A stretch of 64,000 bases of DNA from Octopus vulgaris (Eukaryota): positions 24,490,001-24,554,000 of the forward strand of contig OX597830.1 of the NCBI GenBank assembly GCA_951406725.2, read 5' to 3'. Both the position numbers and the translations under genes were made by a program. Below the pieces are notes generated by a model that searched no databases, was not told the origin of the DNA, and saw only the letters and a program-made list of their open reading frames with translations. Positions 38,186 through 50,897 of the stretch are shown piece by piece (within the stretch, counting starts at the first letter, position 1; each line of letters starts with the position of its first letter).

Positions 38186-39674
38186 AATGTTTGTTTTGGC
38201 TTTATAACTTTTAAGTTTACTGGTACTTTCAATTTATATGCTAATTGATTAGTAATGCAATCAATATTTGATACCGGTTCCAGCAAAGCCTGTCTTAAGC
38301 CAACTGTCTGTTTCAAGGGTACCTGTAAAGAGACCTAGTTTGATCCATCAAACTGATAAAGTTGAAGATTGCTTTTGAGAAATTTAGATTAAGAAATGAA
38401 TATCCTAAAATCACCTTTTAGGAATTAATGTCAACACCAAATGTTTAAGTGTAGCTAACAATCTGTGTTTTTGAATGGCTAATATATACATCTTCCACAC
38501 AGTATTTTCTGGTTGATAACATAGGCAGATATATTTTCACTCAGTGAAGGAAGCCTTGCTGTTTAACATATTTTTGTTAAAATAGACATTAATTCCCTGT
38601 GATTCATGGGTACCTGGAAAGAAACCTGATCTCTTGTTTCATCCATTGAATTGAAGTTGAAGATACCTTTGGAGAAGTTTGAGTAACCTATGAATATTCT
38701 AAAAATCACCCCTTTTGAAATTAATGTTGACACCAATGAAAAATGTTTCAGTGAAGTTATTTTATGTTTTTCAATGGCTAATATGCATCTTCAACATTGT
38801 AATTTCAATTTGATAATGTAGAAAGTAACTTGCTTTCATATTTAAAGTGTCAAGCTGTCATTACAGTACCAGACAATAATTAGACCATTCAGAGCTGGGG
38901 GGAAAAAGTCAACTGAATTCTAATTCCATTTAGATTAGCTCTACTCTTCATCCTTTGGGGTTCATAAAGTACCGGTGACATGAATTATCAATATGCTCTC
39001 TCAAACTGCTGGCTTTGTGCCTAGATTAGAATAGCATTAGGAAAATGGCTATTGTAATTCAGCTTCTGAATTAGCCAGGAGTATGTCTGTCCTTGTAGGT
39101 ATTCAGTTATGGGGGAATCCAGTATAAGGGTTTAATTTCAAATTTTTCAGATTGGGCATATAGTCTCCCCTTTCAGTGATTCATCATTCGCTGTATATGG
39201 TATTTTTATATCAAGAGAATGACTACAACTGAACAGATATTCCCTGTGATATTCGTACCTCAATTTTCTTTATGGCAATGTCCACTTTACATTTCGTATC
39301 TTATGAGAATGATGAAATAAGTACCAGACAGCACTGGGGTCTATATCTCCATAAAAAAAATTACTTGGAGATGCTCCAGCAGGGCTGCAAGTGTCATGGC
39401 TAAAACTAGTGAAAGGATTGATGTTTTATGCCATGTTTTGTTTTGAGTTTGTCAATTTCCAGTACATTTTGGATTCTTTGAAATATCAAATAGCAACTCC
39501 TATTTACTATCTTGCCTGAGCGATATTTTTTTGATATCTTCTGTATTATCCTTGTGGAAGGATTCCGACTACCCCCAAGTGATAAGTGGACAGCATTTCA
39601 ATAAAATAAAGAACTGTTGAGTTGACAGGAGCAACTGATTGTAAGTAATTGATTGAACAATTAAGAATATTGAG

Positions 39675-42390
39675 TCTGATCTTAGTTGGACTGTCTGTGA
39701 GGGAGCCATCCTTTTGGAGGAGGGGGTCCTATCTTGTAGTGCACTGAGACTGTTTCTTTCGCATAATGAAAGAAGGCCTTTGGGTTTGATTTAATGTTTT
39801 TTATAACACAGGCTTCTTTGTCTGCTTTTTCCTTCACATAGGATTGTTGCAGCCTTTTTTCGATCTCCATCAGTGTTGTTTTTAGGCGGGACGTTTCACT
39901 ACTTTTGGGATGTTGGTTGAGACGATTTGCAACTTTCGTCCGTTGTCTCATGAAGATCTTCCTGTCTCTTGGAATCTTGCTCCTATTTGTTTTGGCCTTG
40001 TGCTCTGGAACATATTTCTGGCATACGGCTTGCACAGAAGACATGAAACATTCTAGTTTCATGTCAATGTCTGGTGTGGAGAGACATTCCAGCCAGTCCT
40101 CTCTGAGCATCTCTTTTTGGATCAATTTCCAGTCTTTGTGGAAGTTCAGATTGGAGAGATTTCGGGTGCTTCCTTTAGGCTGTATGTCTCTGGTTACTTT
40201 TGGCCCAAACATAGACAGCTCTATAATGTTATGATCCGAAACTGATGTCGGTGTCACTTTCACATCATGAATGAGGTCCATATTGTTCATGAAGCAGAGA
40301 TCCAGAATGTTATTCGCCCTAGTTGGTTTGAGTACAACTTGCTCCATGAATAAGGCATTGGTGAGGTTGAGCAGGGACTCCACGTGTACTTGCTTGCAAT
40401 GATTCATTCCTGAGAGTATGTGACCTTCGGGCCATTTGACGTTGGGGAAGCTGAAATCACCCATAAGAAATATGGTCACGTGGTGTTCCAGATTCATGAG
40501 GATTTTTAATTCTTGTGAGGCAAGTTTGAAGATTGCCTATGTGATTTGGGGCATCCGGTGGGCAATATGTATTGCATATGACTATATTATGTCTTATGTA
40601 TACAATTAGTGTCACATACCGAATTTGAGTATGTCATTAAGACCTGGGGTGTGAGGTCATCTCGGATGTATACAGCAACTCCACCATGGCCCCTTTCCCT
40701 TCTGTCTGTTTGCAGTATGGCATAGTTCGATATGTGTACTTCTGCGTCCTCTATATCAGGGTTGAGGTGAGTTTCCACAAGTGCTATGCATAGGGCTTGA
40801 TTGCATGCAGTAAGATCTCTCAGGAAAGAAATTTTGTTTCTATTTTGATGCAATGGGCCCCCAATATTTAGTAAAAGTATTGGGGTGACGGCTGTGCAGA
40901 CGTTAGGGGAGGCAATCCTGTGTCTGTTGACTGTGGTGGTCTTGCATAGTGGTGAGCTGGGTTCCTTCTCTGTGCTTGGTGTAGCCAGGTTAGTTGCTGG
41001 ACAATTCTTTGCGCCATGCATAAAAAAGACTCTTGCTCAGCTGCTGCGTTGTGCAGAACATCTGAGGAGCGCACTTCCTGGGAGACATTTCTTGTGTTCC
41101 CTCGATAAAGTTTTTCTCTTTGAGTCCCCTGAAGTTCTGGCGGGGTGTCGGGTGGGCGAACCGGCAGTTTTTGCCATCCTCACCATGCCAATATTTGCCC
41201 TGCAGGTAGAACTTACAGGTTCTTCGGTACCTTCCAGATTTCTTCTTTCCTGAAGTGTACTCGGTGGCATTGGATCCTCCATGGGGTTCTCTGCTATTTG
41301 TGTGGTGGGTTGGGGTTTCAGCTTTGGTTGTTTTGCCTTTTTCCTCCTTATTTTTGTTTTCGGTCCTTTTTTCTTCTGTTTTTCTAATTTTTCAATTCTT
41401 CCTAGGACCACTGGTACAGGGGTCTTCCGGTTTCTGCTCCCTTGGCTCCCCTATCCTTCACTACCTGGTCGTTCACTGGGGTAGGTGATCCATTTTCCTG
41501 AGGAACCCCTGGATCACATAGACTTCCAGCTTCCTTCTCTTTTTCGTCCTCTTCATCCTCATCAGCTTTGCCACAATAATTTTCAATTATGTTATCCAGT
41601 GTTTTGATGTGTGGTCTTATAAGCATGTAAGACCGGATAAACTCACTTTTCTTCCGCTCTATCTGGTCAATGGTTCTATGAAATCCATTGTTTTTTAGTG
41701 CAGCCGTGATGATGTTGTTCGGTGGATTGCCACTAGCAATCATCCATGCTCTCAGCAGAAGATTTAACTCTTTCTTTTCCCACTTTGGTGCCATCTTCGT
41801 TTTGAGGTCCAGAGGGGGAGTAGAGGCTAGAGAGGTAATGATGGATAGAGAGGTAGAGACGAAGAAACACAGAGGGGGGGAAATAGGGAAAGAGAGAGGG
41901 AGATAGGAAGGAAAGAGAGGTGCTATGAAATAAATCACGAGGGTGATAGGAGGAAAGCAAGGGGGCGTGGTGTGTTAAGATAGAGGAAGGTAGGGGAGGG
42001 GGAGAGGAGGGAAATAGGAGAGACAGTGAAGGAGAAGAGGGAAGAGAAAGAGGCAGAATGAAGGAGAGGAGGGAAAGAGAAACAGGGAGAGGATAGCAAG
42101 AGACAGTGAAAGAGACAGGATGAAGGATTTGAGGGAGAGACGGAGTGAGAAGAATGGGCGAATGAGAAGTATATGAGAGGGTGAGGTGACGAGAGGAGAG
42201 GTAGATGTGAGATGGAAAGGAAAGAGAAATGAGAGAGGAGGGGAGATGAGAAAAAGAGTAAGATATGTAAGAGAGAGGGAAAGGGTAAGCGTAAAGAGAG
42301 ATAAAGGAAGGGAGAAAGGAGCTGGAAGTGGGGGAATATATGTAAGGGAGGAGAGAGGAGGTAGAAGAAAGTGAGGAAATGAAGGAATTA
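39675..42390 (-). mobile_element. CR1-like LINE 5' half: 5' UTR, ORF1 and APE endonuclease
   Basis: APE motifs LLNIGG, ALVETHL, DR..RGHGGVAVY, GDFSFP, PTRANNILDL, SDHNII (ORFs 40587..41021 and 39682..40497). ORF1 ATG at 41794. The CT-rich 5' UTR appears as a GA tract on the + strand. Confidence 0.9.
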
Positions 42391-42429
42391 TTTAATTCTA
42401 AACTAATTACAGGAAAATAAACATATGAA

Positions 42430-42925
42430 AGCGAAACGGAAACTGAAAGAAAGTTCTTCTAAGAATGTAAACAAAGATGGTGTCGTAAATCGTAACTGAG
42501 ATGTTAGCTTATATTAAAGGAAAATAAAAATTAATAAACAAACAATTGCAACCGATACTTATCTTGAAAGGTACAGTCCAAACCTTTGTGCTTGTACGAA
42601 GAAGTTTTCTTTCACAACAGAAAAGAAAATTCTTTTTCCTTCTAACATTTGGCTGGAGATAAATTAAAGACTTGCCACCACATGCTTTTTCGGCGAAGAC
42701 TCTAGCATGCGTAACTAACTTTACTGTATTATATTTGGCTTCAAGCGAAATATATTACGTTTTTATTTAATATATTTTTAATGTATTTTAGTAGACTTTA
42801 TGAGTTAACAAGTTCTACGTTTTGTTACTTTTAGTAGATTATTTCGTCGATTTATGCAAACCTTTTTGTTTTTTTACAGAGCAAAAGCAAACACGTCTTT
42901 CCTCTACGAAAACCGGAAGTAATAT
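42430..42925. promoter_or_regulatory. Second promoter-like CpG-richer island
   Basis: AAGATGGTGTCG (YY1-like) at 42474 and ETS site CCGGAAGT at 42913-42920; CpG drops sharply after about 43 kb. Confidence 0.4.
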
Positions 42926-44764
42926 ATATCATTTCTAGATGCATAGAATTTAATTTGTAGAAAACTTGAACAAAATACAGAATAAGCTGGGTCATTGTTT
43001 TTGTCTGAATTTTCTACATGCACGTACAAAACAGATTTACTGAGTCTAAGTGGAAGTTTTGATTTCCCAGGCATTATCAAACATGAAATGTGTCTTTAAT
43101 CTGTTAGATTATTTTATATAAAAATTTTAATTTTCTTGGATGTAACTGCACTAGATTTTTTTTTTTGACAATCTCAAACTTTTTACCTCCAGAGCCTTGA
43201 GAGAAATGCCATAGCTCTACCAATGTTGCAGCAATAATTTAATCAGTAACATAGATTTTCAGTAGTAAAAAGCAATATTCAATATCTATTAAGAGAACTG
43301 GAATGATACTGTTTAAATTTTGAAGGCACTTGTCCTTTGTGTATATTGAGGTATATAATCTTGACTGGATTAATGTAATTCTCTAGAAGCCCAGCATTTT
43401 ACACTTTTACAATTAACAGCAGTTTTAGCTAGACATGTGGCATGAGTAGGTCTTCATGTTACACTAGAAAAAGCATATTCTCCAAGTTTTAGGTTTTAGT
43501 GTGACAGCATAGAATTTTACCACAAATTTTCTTTAGAAGTAATAGGCATTTGAGAGAATCCAACATTGGACCATGCTTATTTTTATTGAATTGTACTATT
43601 CAGTATTAAAGTTTTATTCTCTTGTCCAGTCTTGATAATGTTTTAATGCATCCCATTCAAAAAATAAACTTATACAATTTTTCGTCAGCTGGTATAGCTT
43701 TAAAATTGAAATCCTGAATTGATATAACTGTCAAAATCTGAGCTTTTAAAATCAGTTATTTGACATATATGGAGTGGTTTTATTTAAGCATCTGCTGCCT
43801 ATTCTAAAACAGTTTTTTTTTTTATATTGGGCCTATGTTAGGCCCAGTACGTTGGAATAAAATTCTTAGGATTAAGGTCATGATTCATGCTTGAACCATT
43901 CATACATAAACATTTCAACAAACTATTGTAAAATTTTTAATTTGTGGGGTTTAACTTCCTTGTCTGTTTGATTTGGGAATTGATAACCTCATTTAAAGTT
44001 ATCAGTCACTGACAACTTTAAAGTATTATATCCGGGACTTAGATAATATCAAATATTGCTTAGATAATATCAAATATTGCACCAACTCTTTTTGATAACA
44101 TATTTATCTACAAAAATACTCTTTGCCTATTTTTGCTTACTTCACTGACTGCCAGACCTAATTTTCTCTCATTTGATCATAATTCATCCTTACCGTTGTT
44201 TCACATCAGTATTCTTGGATGTCAATTATATAGACTCTTTACAATCAAAACTGTTGATGGGTCTTTGAGCGTTCAAAGAATCACTTACTACACATCTACT
44301 CTAACAACTCAAAAGTTTGTTAATGATCCCCAGCTTTCTTGTGTTTGGAGATTCGACTTCTTTTGCTTAAGATTGTTTTCCATTTGCAATTCTGGCTATT
44401 AATCAGGTGATTAGTCCTAACCATCTGCAGTTTCAGACGTTGTAGAATAGTTTTGGACTTTGGGTTTGCCAAACCTATAAACTAAATGGGCCTGATCTGC
44501 AAGGCTGCAGATAAATGGAAGGTAATGCTAGAGTATAACCAAGCGCTAGTATGTTGTGTGCATTGTATCTTTGGGTGCCTGAATCTACTCTGAAACCATT
44601 TCAGTTTGTTGCAATGTATCTCAGTAAGCATGGTTTCTCAGGTGACACAATCTCGACATATAAGCATTTGTTCCTTCAATTCACTCCTAAGAGTTAAACA
44701 ATAGCTGCACTAAAAGCCAGACAAAACTGCACTACATTATGCTGCAATTTAGTCGATGGGTCTA

Positions 44765-44982
44765 AGGCAGCAAGCTGGCAGAAATGTTAGCACAACGGGT
44801 GAAATGCTTAGTGATATTTCGTCTATCTTTACAATCTGAGTTCAAATTCCGCCAAGTTCAACTTTGCCTTTCATCCTTTCAGGGTTGACAAATTAAGTAC
44901 CAGCTGTTGTGTACTGAGGTCGATCTAATCAACTGGCCCCCTTTCCCAAAATTTTGGGCCTTGTGCCTTGAGTAGAAAAGAA
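44765..44982 (+). mobile_element. tRNA-derived SINE, type A
   Basis: GGCAGCAAGCTGGCAGAAATGTTAGC..GAGTTCAAATTCCGCC..CTTTGCCTTTCATCCTTTC..GGGCCTTGTGCC. Confidence 0.9.
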
Positions 44983-45899
44983 TGTAGTCTATGGGTTAAA
45001 ATGCTTTTATGTTAATAAAACACCTCCTCATAAACATATGCTGGTGAATGAGCATGTGAATAAATATTTGTACTTAAAGCTTATTAGATGAGTTATGTTC
45101 TGTTGTAGGATATGTTGACAGCTGGTAGGCTGGGAACTACGAGAACATTCTGGTTCCTGCTCTCATACTGCTGACTGTATGGAATGTTATTAGCAGTGAC
45201 CATGTTGGCTAGCAGTAATTAGATATGCTTGATAATATTGCAACATACTAATAATTGGTTGAAGAGAATGAGGTATTGGGTGACTGGCCAATGTATTTTG
45301 TTCAAACTTTGTAGATTGTGTTTTTAGATGAGGTACATACATTAAGCTTACATTACTAAAAATAGCTTCCAATTCTTTTCCACTGAGAAGTTAATACAAA
45401 ATATTTCCAATTGTAAACAGCATTTGTCCAATTGATAGGCCATGTCCAGATAAGTTAGAATACTGATTAGCCACCTAAATTATATAACAGTATCAAATTA
45501 GTTTCAAACAAAAAATGAGTTCTTAATCTAGATACGTAATGTTTGAAAAGATACAAGCATGGTTTAACAAGTTTTGGGGACAACCAATCTTCATGGTGCC
45601 TTGCTTTGACAAAATTAGATTCCAATTCCTCTTTGAAATTAGGGTTACCATAGCTTAGCCAAAATCTTGATTTAAATATCTAGACAGAAACTGTGTAGAA
45701 GCCTTCCAAAGTACTGCCCTGGTCTTGGATGCAAAACTTCATGTCACTCAGTTTAATGTCATCATTTGGTCTTTGATTACCTTTTACTGAATATCAAATT
45801 GAAGGGATTCAGATCAGGTTTCCGGCTTCAGAACTTTCACATTTATGAAGACTCTGAAGAAATCCAGGAGTATTGTTCTTCCTCTTCAAAACTATTGAA

Positions 45900-46640
45900 A
45901 TATATAATTCCATTTTAGTGTGTTTTGTATATACTTCATTAGTTGTGTATTTTTTTTGTTTATTGCATTAGGGTTCATTATACTTTTTGATTTTGGTTTT
46001 TTGTGTGGTGTTGGTAATGTGGGTGTTGTGGTTATGGAGAAGGTGCTGTGATTGTCTATTTTTTTCTTTTGTGGAACTTTTTTCACTCTTTATTGGGTTT
46101 TTTTTTTTTTTTTTTACACATGTCCAAGTCACACTTGGGAAGGGGTAACTCCTTTCAAGGCTTCTTGAGTTTTTTACTGTTTTTCTTTTGCTGCTGTTTT
46201 CTGTAGCCAGACTATTGCTGTGTTTGGTATTCCCTCCACTGGTTATGGCGGTTGTGTTGTTGCTACTATCGTTATTTTCTCTGCTGTTATTTTTGCTTTG
46301 GGTGGAGGTAGTGTTGTTTCTTTTGTAGCTTGCCTCTTCTGCTGTTGGTGTTGCTGTGATAATGCTTTTGGTAGAAGGGGAAGTTTCTCTTCTGTTCTCT
46401 ATGGGCAAAAGCCTGAGTTGGTCCTATCTGCAGAGATAATACCTTCATTTATGCCCCTCCACCAATACATGCAGCTTTGCCTTTTGGTAAGTGGAAATCT
46501 GGTATTGTTTGGAGCATTTGCTAGTCTACTTGAATTAACAGTTCTAGTCCTTGACCCCACCAATTTTGTTGTAACTTGTGTCTTTGAAGAATCTCTACCT
46601 CATCTCCAATGTCAAGATGGCTGTTACTAACCTTGCTGAC
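45900..46640 (-). mobile_element. ORF1-only retroposon, copy 3 (more decayed)
   Basis: Minus strand LVEGHK*RYYLCR..AFCP knuckle remnant, followed by low-complexity ORF 45968..46408 and A-rich tracts. Confidence 0.45.
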
Positions 46641-48329
46641 CAAGGTAAATCAGTAACAAACTAGTGTTATGTTTATTTCTACATATACAAGTATAAAAGT
46701 CTTATTGTTGATTAAAAGTACCTCAATGAAATCAAACTACCCAAGTTAAAATTCCTACAACCAGCTCCAGTAGATTATATGTCTGCAATTTTCAAACAGT
46801 ACCTTATTGTTGGATAAGGTAGGGTTTTGTAATAATACCCTATTATGGGGATGATAATGTTCTCAGTTGTCAAAGGATAATTATCAGCAGTTGATAGAAT
46901 TTTCTATCCTGGCATTCACTTCCAGAATAGATTTTTATTGCTTAGTTGACCACACAATCTCCATCTGTATTTAAATACAAGTTTTGTATAACTAGGTTAC
47001 ATGATTAGCATTTTGTTGGTGCCTTTTTAAAAATAAAAAAAATGAAGTGGAATCAACCAGGCAGTAAATATTTTTAGCTTATATAATGTATATAAATATA
47101 TTCGCATGCATGCACCTCTCTTGCAGCTAAGTTCTGCATGTAACTTTTCTCTAAGAAAATGTTAAGTGGTTAAATAATTTAAATCCTGTGAAATTTTCGA
47201 CACGGCACCAAAACTCTCAAATAGATTTGGATAAATTTTTTCATCTTGAAGAAATTTTTGTAATTTGAACTCTTTTGCAAAAATAGGTTTCATTCCATTT
47301 TTGTAACTAAAAGGTTACCAAGCTACATATATATCAATGTAGGCATTTCACGCCACATGTATTACATGTGCTACTAATAGTTCATGTACATGACGAGTAT
47401 GTTCATCAGACACTATTATTCTATGAAACCAAGAAGTTTAAATAGAGAACTGGGTAAGAGGTGATGCTAAGTCAAACCATATGTAACGGAAGATTCCACT
47501 ACAGGTGAGCTACCAAACTAAAGTAAAAACCAAGTATAAAAACTTCAGTTATACTTATTTAAATTCATCTGAATGTTCTGCATTGGTTAAAGTTTATCAA
47601 ATTCAACAATGTGTTATGATCACATGTTGGCTTTTGTATTACTGATTTCAAAATGTGGTGGTGGAGAGAGGAGAGAGATTATCTTCAAATATTACTTCTT
47701 GAAAATTTCTATTTTATAGATGATTTTAGATTTTTTTGTATCATACTTTATCATGTTCAGAAGTATTGCTCTCTATTGTAAACCTTTCAACTCATATTAA
47801 ATTTTGTGTTTTTGTGCTATGGTTTCATTTTGACTTTTTAGCAATGAAAATATTTGAACTTTTAAATTTCGTTGACCAATCATTTCCAGATTTCACTGTA
47901 TGTCTGTGTGAAAGCATATGGCCTCACAGATGTGTTATCACAATTAGACATTCATTTGATTATTGCTCCAAGTGACACAGTTTATGATTAAGGCCCTTCA
48001 TTTCACATTGTTCCTGTCTACTCACTTGAAAATAAACTCCAGTGGTATTTGCTAGGGTTAATCCTGCAATAGACTGGCATGCCATTCAAGTGAGTTTTGT
48101 TCATGCAGCATAAACACTTTGAAAATCTGGATGTTTTGGCCTTGAGTCTGTAGGTTTAAGGCAAAGTTTATGGCTCTAATTTTTAAGAGTACACAAAACG
48201 AAGTGCTGGACACTTGACCTGTGTATTCTGTTCAAACCTTGCTGATATATGGTATATTCAAAGTACATTCACTATACATTTAAAATGATTTTCACTCCTT
48301 TGCAATTTAGTTTCGCAAAAATGTCCAGT

Positions 48330-48660
48330 TAGGTGTGGGCTTGCTTCCCAACCACATGGCGTGACACAGCTGGATTCACTCCCACTGTGTCACACCTTGA
48401 GCAAGTGTCTTCTATAACCTCAAGCCAACCAAATCCTTGAGTGGATTTGGTAATTAGAAACTGAAAGAAGCCCATCGTGTGTCTATACGTGTGATCTTTG
48501 TATCTGCCTGTCCCCCACCACCACTTGATATCAGTGGAGTGTTTACATTCTCATAACTTAGTGGTTTGGCAAAAGATTGCCAAAACAAAAGTACTAGGGG
48601 TCAACTCATTCGATTGTTCAAGGTGGTGACCCAGCATGGCTACTGTCTAATGACGAGTAA
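48330..48660 (+). mobile_element. tRNA-derived SINE, type B
   Basis: CTTGCTTCCCAACCACATGG..CACCTTGAGCAAGTGTC..GGTGGTGACCCAGCATGGC tail. Confidence 0.8.
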
Positions 48661-49829
48661 GATTAATTGTAAATACCAATTTCTACAAATGATAAATGAA
48701 CGCCTTAGATTTTACAAGAGCCTTTGTTGATTAATTGTAGCAGACTTTTGGTTTAGAGTAATGGTTTGGATACTTATCTAATACTAATACATCTATATAT
48801 GTTTTAAATGGGTGCAGGCATGGAGGTGAGGTTAATAAGCAGAGGGATTTGAATCCAATGTAACTTTACGGAACCTTCCTTTCCTGAAAATAGGTTCTAC
48901 TTGCCCTTTACAATTAGTTATCATAGCTTTGGGTCAATCAAAATCCTAATTGAAATTTTTAGTGTGTAAGTCGTGAACGGAACCCTTCCTGTTTAGTGAT
49001 AAATAATGTTGCCCAGTTTAATTCCATCACTTAGTTCTTGGTTACCTTTAACATTTTTTTTTTTTTTTTTTTTTTTTTATTATAAGTATTCAGGCTAGGT
49101 TTCATTCTGGAGGGGTTTCCCTATCTTCGTCTTTGATGCTCTGAAAAGTTCACAAGTGCCATTCCTCCCCTAAACCATTAAACAAAATTCCACATTGGAT
49201 GATTTGATCATCTGGCATTTATTCATGAAAATCTGATGTAAAGATATTGCTGAAATATTTACATCAATTGAACAAATCTTAAGCTCACTCCTTTATACAC
49301 ACTTTTTACCTTTTCCCTTTGTTTCTTCAGCTTCCTTCAGTCACATGTCTAACATGTCTCTTTATCTCACACCTTTACCTTAATTTTTCCCTTTTATCTT
49401 TTCACAAGTCAATATCTCTCCCTCTCTGTTAAAGAGCAATAACCCTGAAGCAATAACTCTCTTCAAATCTGAACTATGAATTAGTCCTCAAAAGAAATCA
49501 GTTTTCTCAATTTTAGATTTTACCCTAACAGCTAAAAACACTGGATAATTTATATAAACCTAATAGCAGAAATTTGAACATGTTCATAAGTTTTTTGTTG
49601 ACTGCAACCATTGGACTGTATGCTTACGCAATTGTTTGTAGTTGCACACAGTGAATGATGACACTCCTAGATAAGTACTGATGTAATAATGTTTGTGGAT
49701 TGGGTGATCTTAGCATATTAGAACTTAACACCAAAACATTGTCGGGTCTACCTTTACCTGGGGACATTCTAATTCAAGTATTTAGACTAGGATTCATGTG
49801 AGGATAGCTTTTCATTTCAGATACTTTTA

Positions 49830-50160
49830 TACTTTTGTTTCATTCAATTAACTGTGGTCATGCTGGAGCACTCTTTAGTCAAACAAATTGACCCCAGAAC
49901 TTATTTTTTTGTAAGCCTAGTACTTATTCTATCAGTTTCTTTGAACTCTTAAGTTACGAGGATGTAAACACACCAGCATCGGTTGTCAAGCAATGTTAGA
50001 GGACACACACACGACAGGCTTCTTTCAGTTTCCATCTCCCAAATCCACCCACAAGACTATGGTTGCCCCGAGGCTATAGCAGAAGACACTTGCCCAAGGT
50101 GCCATGCAGTGGGACCGAACCCAGAATTATGTGGTTGGTAAGTAAGCTACTTACCACCTT
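49830..50160 (-). mobile_element. tRNA-derived SINE, type B
   Basis: Reverse complement of 26515-26870-type sequence (ACACTTGCCCAAGGTGCCATGCAGTGGGACCGAACCC). Confidence 0.85.
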
Positions 50161-50811
50161 GTTTATATCCTGGACACAGACACACAAAAAAAAACTATGC
50201 ATTTTTCTAACTGTATAATTGAGGAAATATGTCCATGGCATGTATATGCTCAAGTACTTGTCATCTCTCACATAACTGAATTATCTAAATCTAATAATTC
50301 ATTAGCCAGTGGGGAAAAAAAAAAGTTGTCATTAAACCTCAAAACTATAATTGAAGTAAAGTGCACATTGCATGTTGAAGCACCTGTTGTCTCTCATGGA
50401 ACTGATTTGTTAGCATTGATTTATGTTAGATACTTATTGTATACCTTACATTTAAGGAAATGCCACTGTTCTGTGTGTGTGTGTGTGTGTGACTAAGGTC
50501 TTCCTGAAGTGCCACATTCAATGACATTGCTACCAAAAGCAGATTCTCTGAAGAAATGTCAAGATTGTTTTAGTAGTTTTATGGGCATGCACCGTAATAG
50601 TGCATCACTGCATCCACCATTTATTGGTGATTCCCCACTCGTAGAAGATGACACCTTTTGTACCACATAGGCAACAACCTACTAAACCATGGGTGGTTCT
50701 TGCTAGTACAGATTTTACAAGGTCGGTGTGCAAATCCTACCTCCACTCTTAAGTGTCATTTGCAATATACAGAGGAAGCATTGGGTCTATTTTCAGATGT
50801 GCTGGTCCTCA

Positions 50812-50897
50812 CTGTGGTTTCGCTAGACAGATAGGGGACAGTGGAAATCTCGTTGATCCATTCATGCACGTCACTAATTAGATGAGGCATTTGGCTA
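50812..50897 (-). pseudogene. 28S rRNA fragment starting at the R2 target site
   Basis: Minus strand TAGCCAAATGCCTC--ATCTAATTAGTGACGTGCATGAATGGATCAACGAGATTTCCACTGTCCCCTATCT..CTAGCGAAACCACAG matches the conserved 28S sequence downstream of AAGG|TAGC. Confidence 0.92.

Noticed and set aside
41810-42390. GA-rich tract and ORF 42186..42374 as a gene
   Set aside because: Low-complexity purine tract, best explained as the LINE 5' UTR on the opposite strand.
50812-50897. Functional rRNA gene
   Set aside because: Only 86 nt, with indels and substitutions, and no flanking rDNA.
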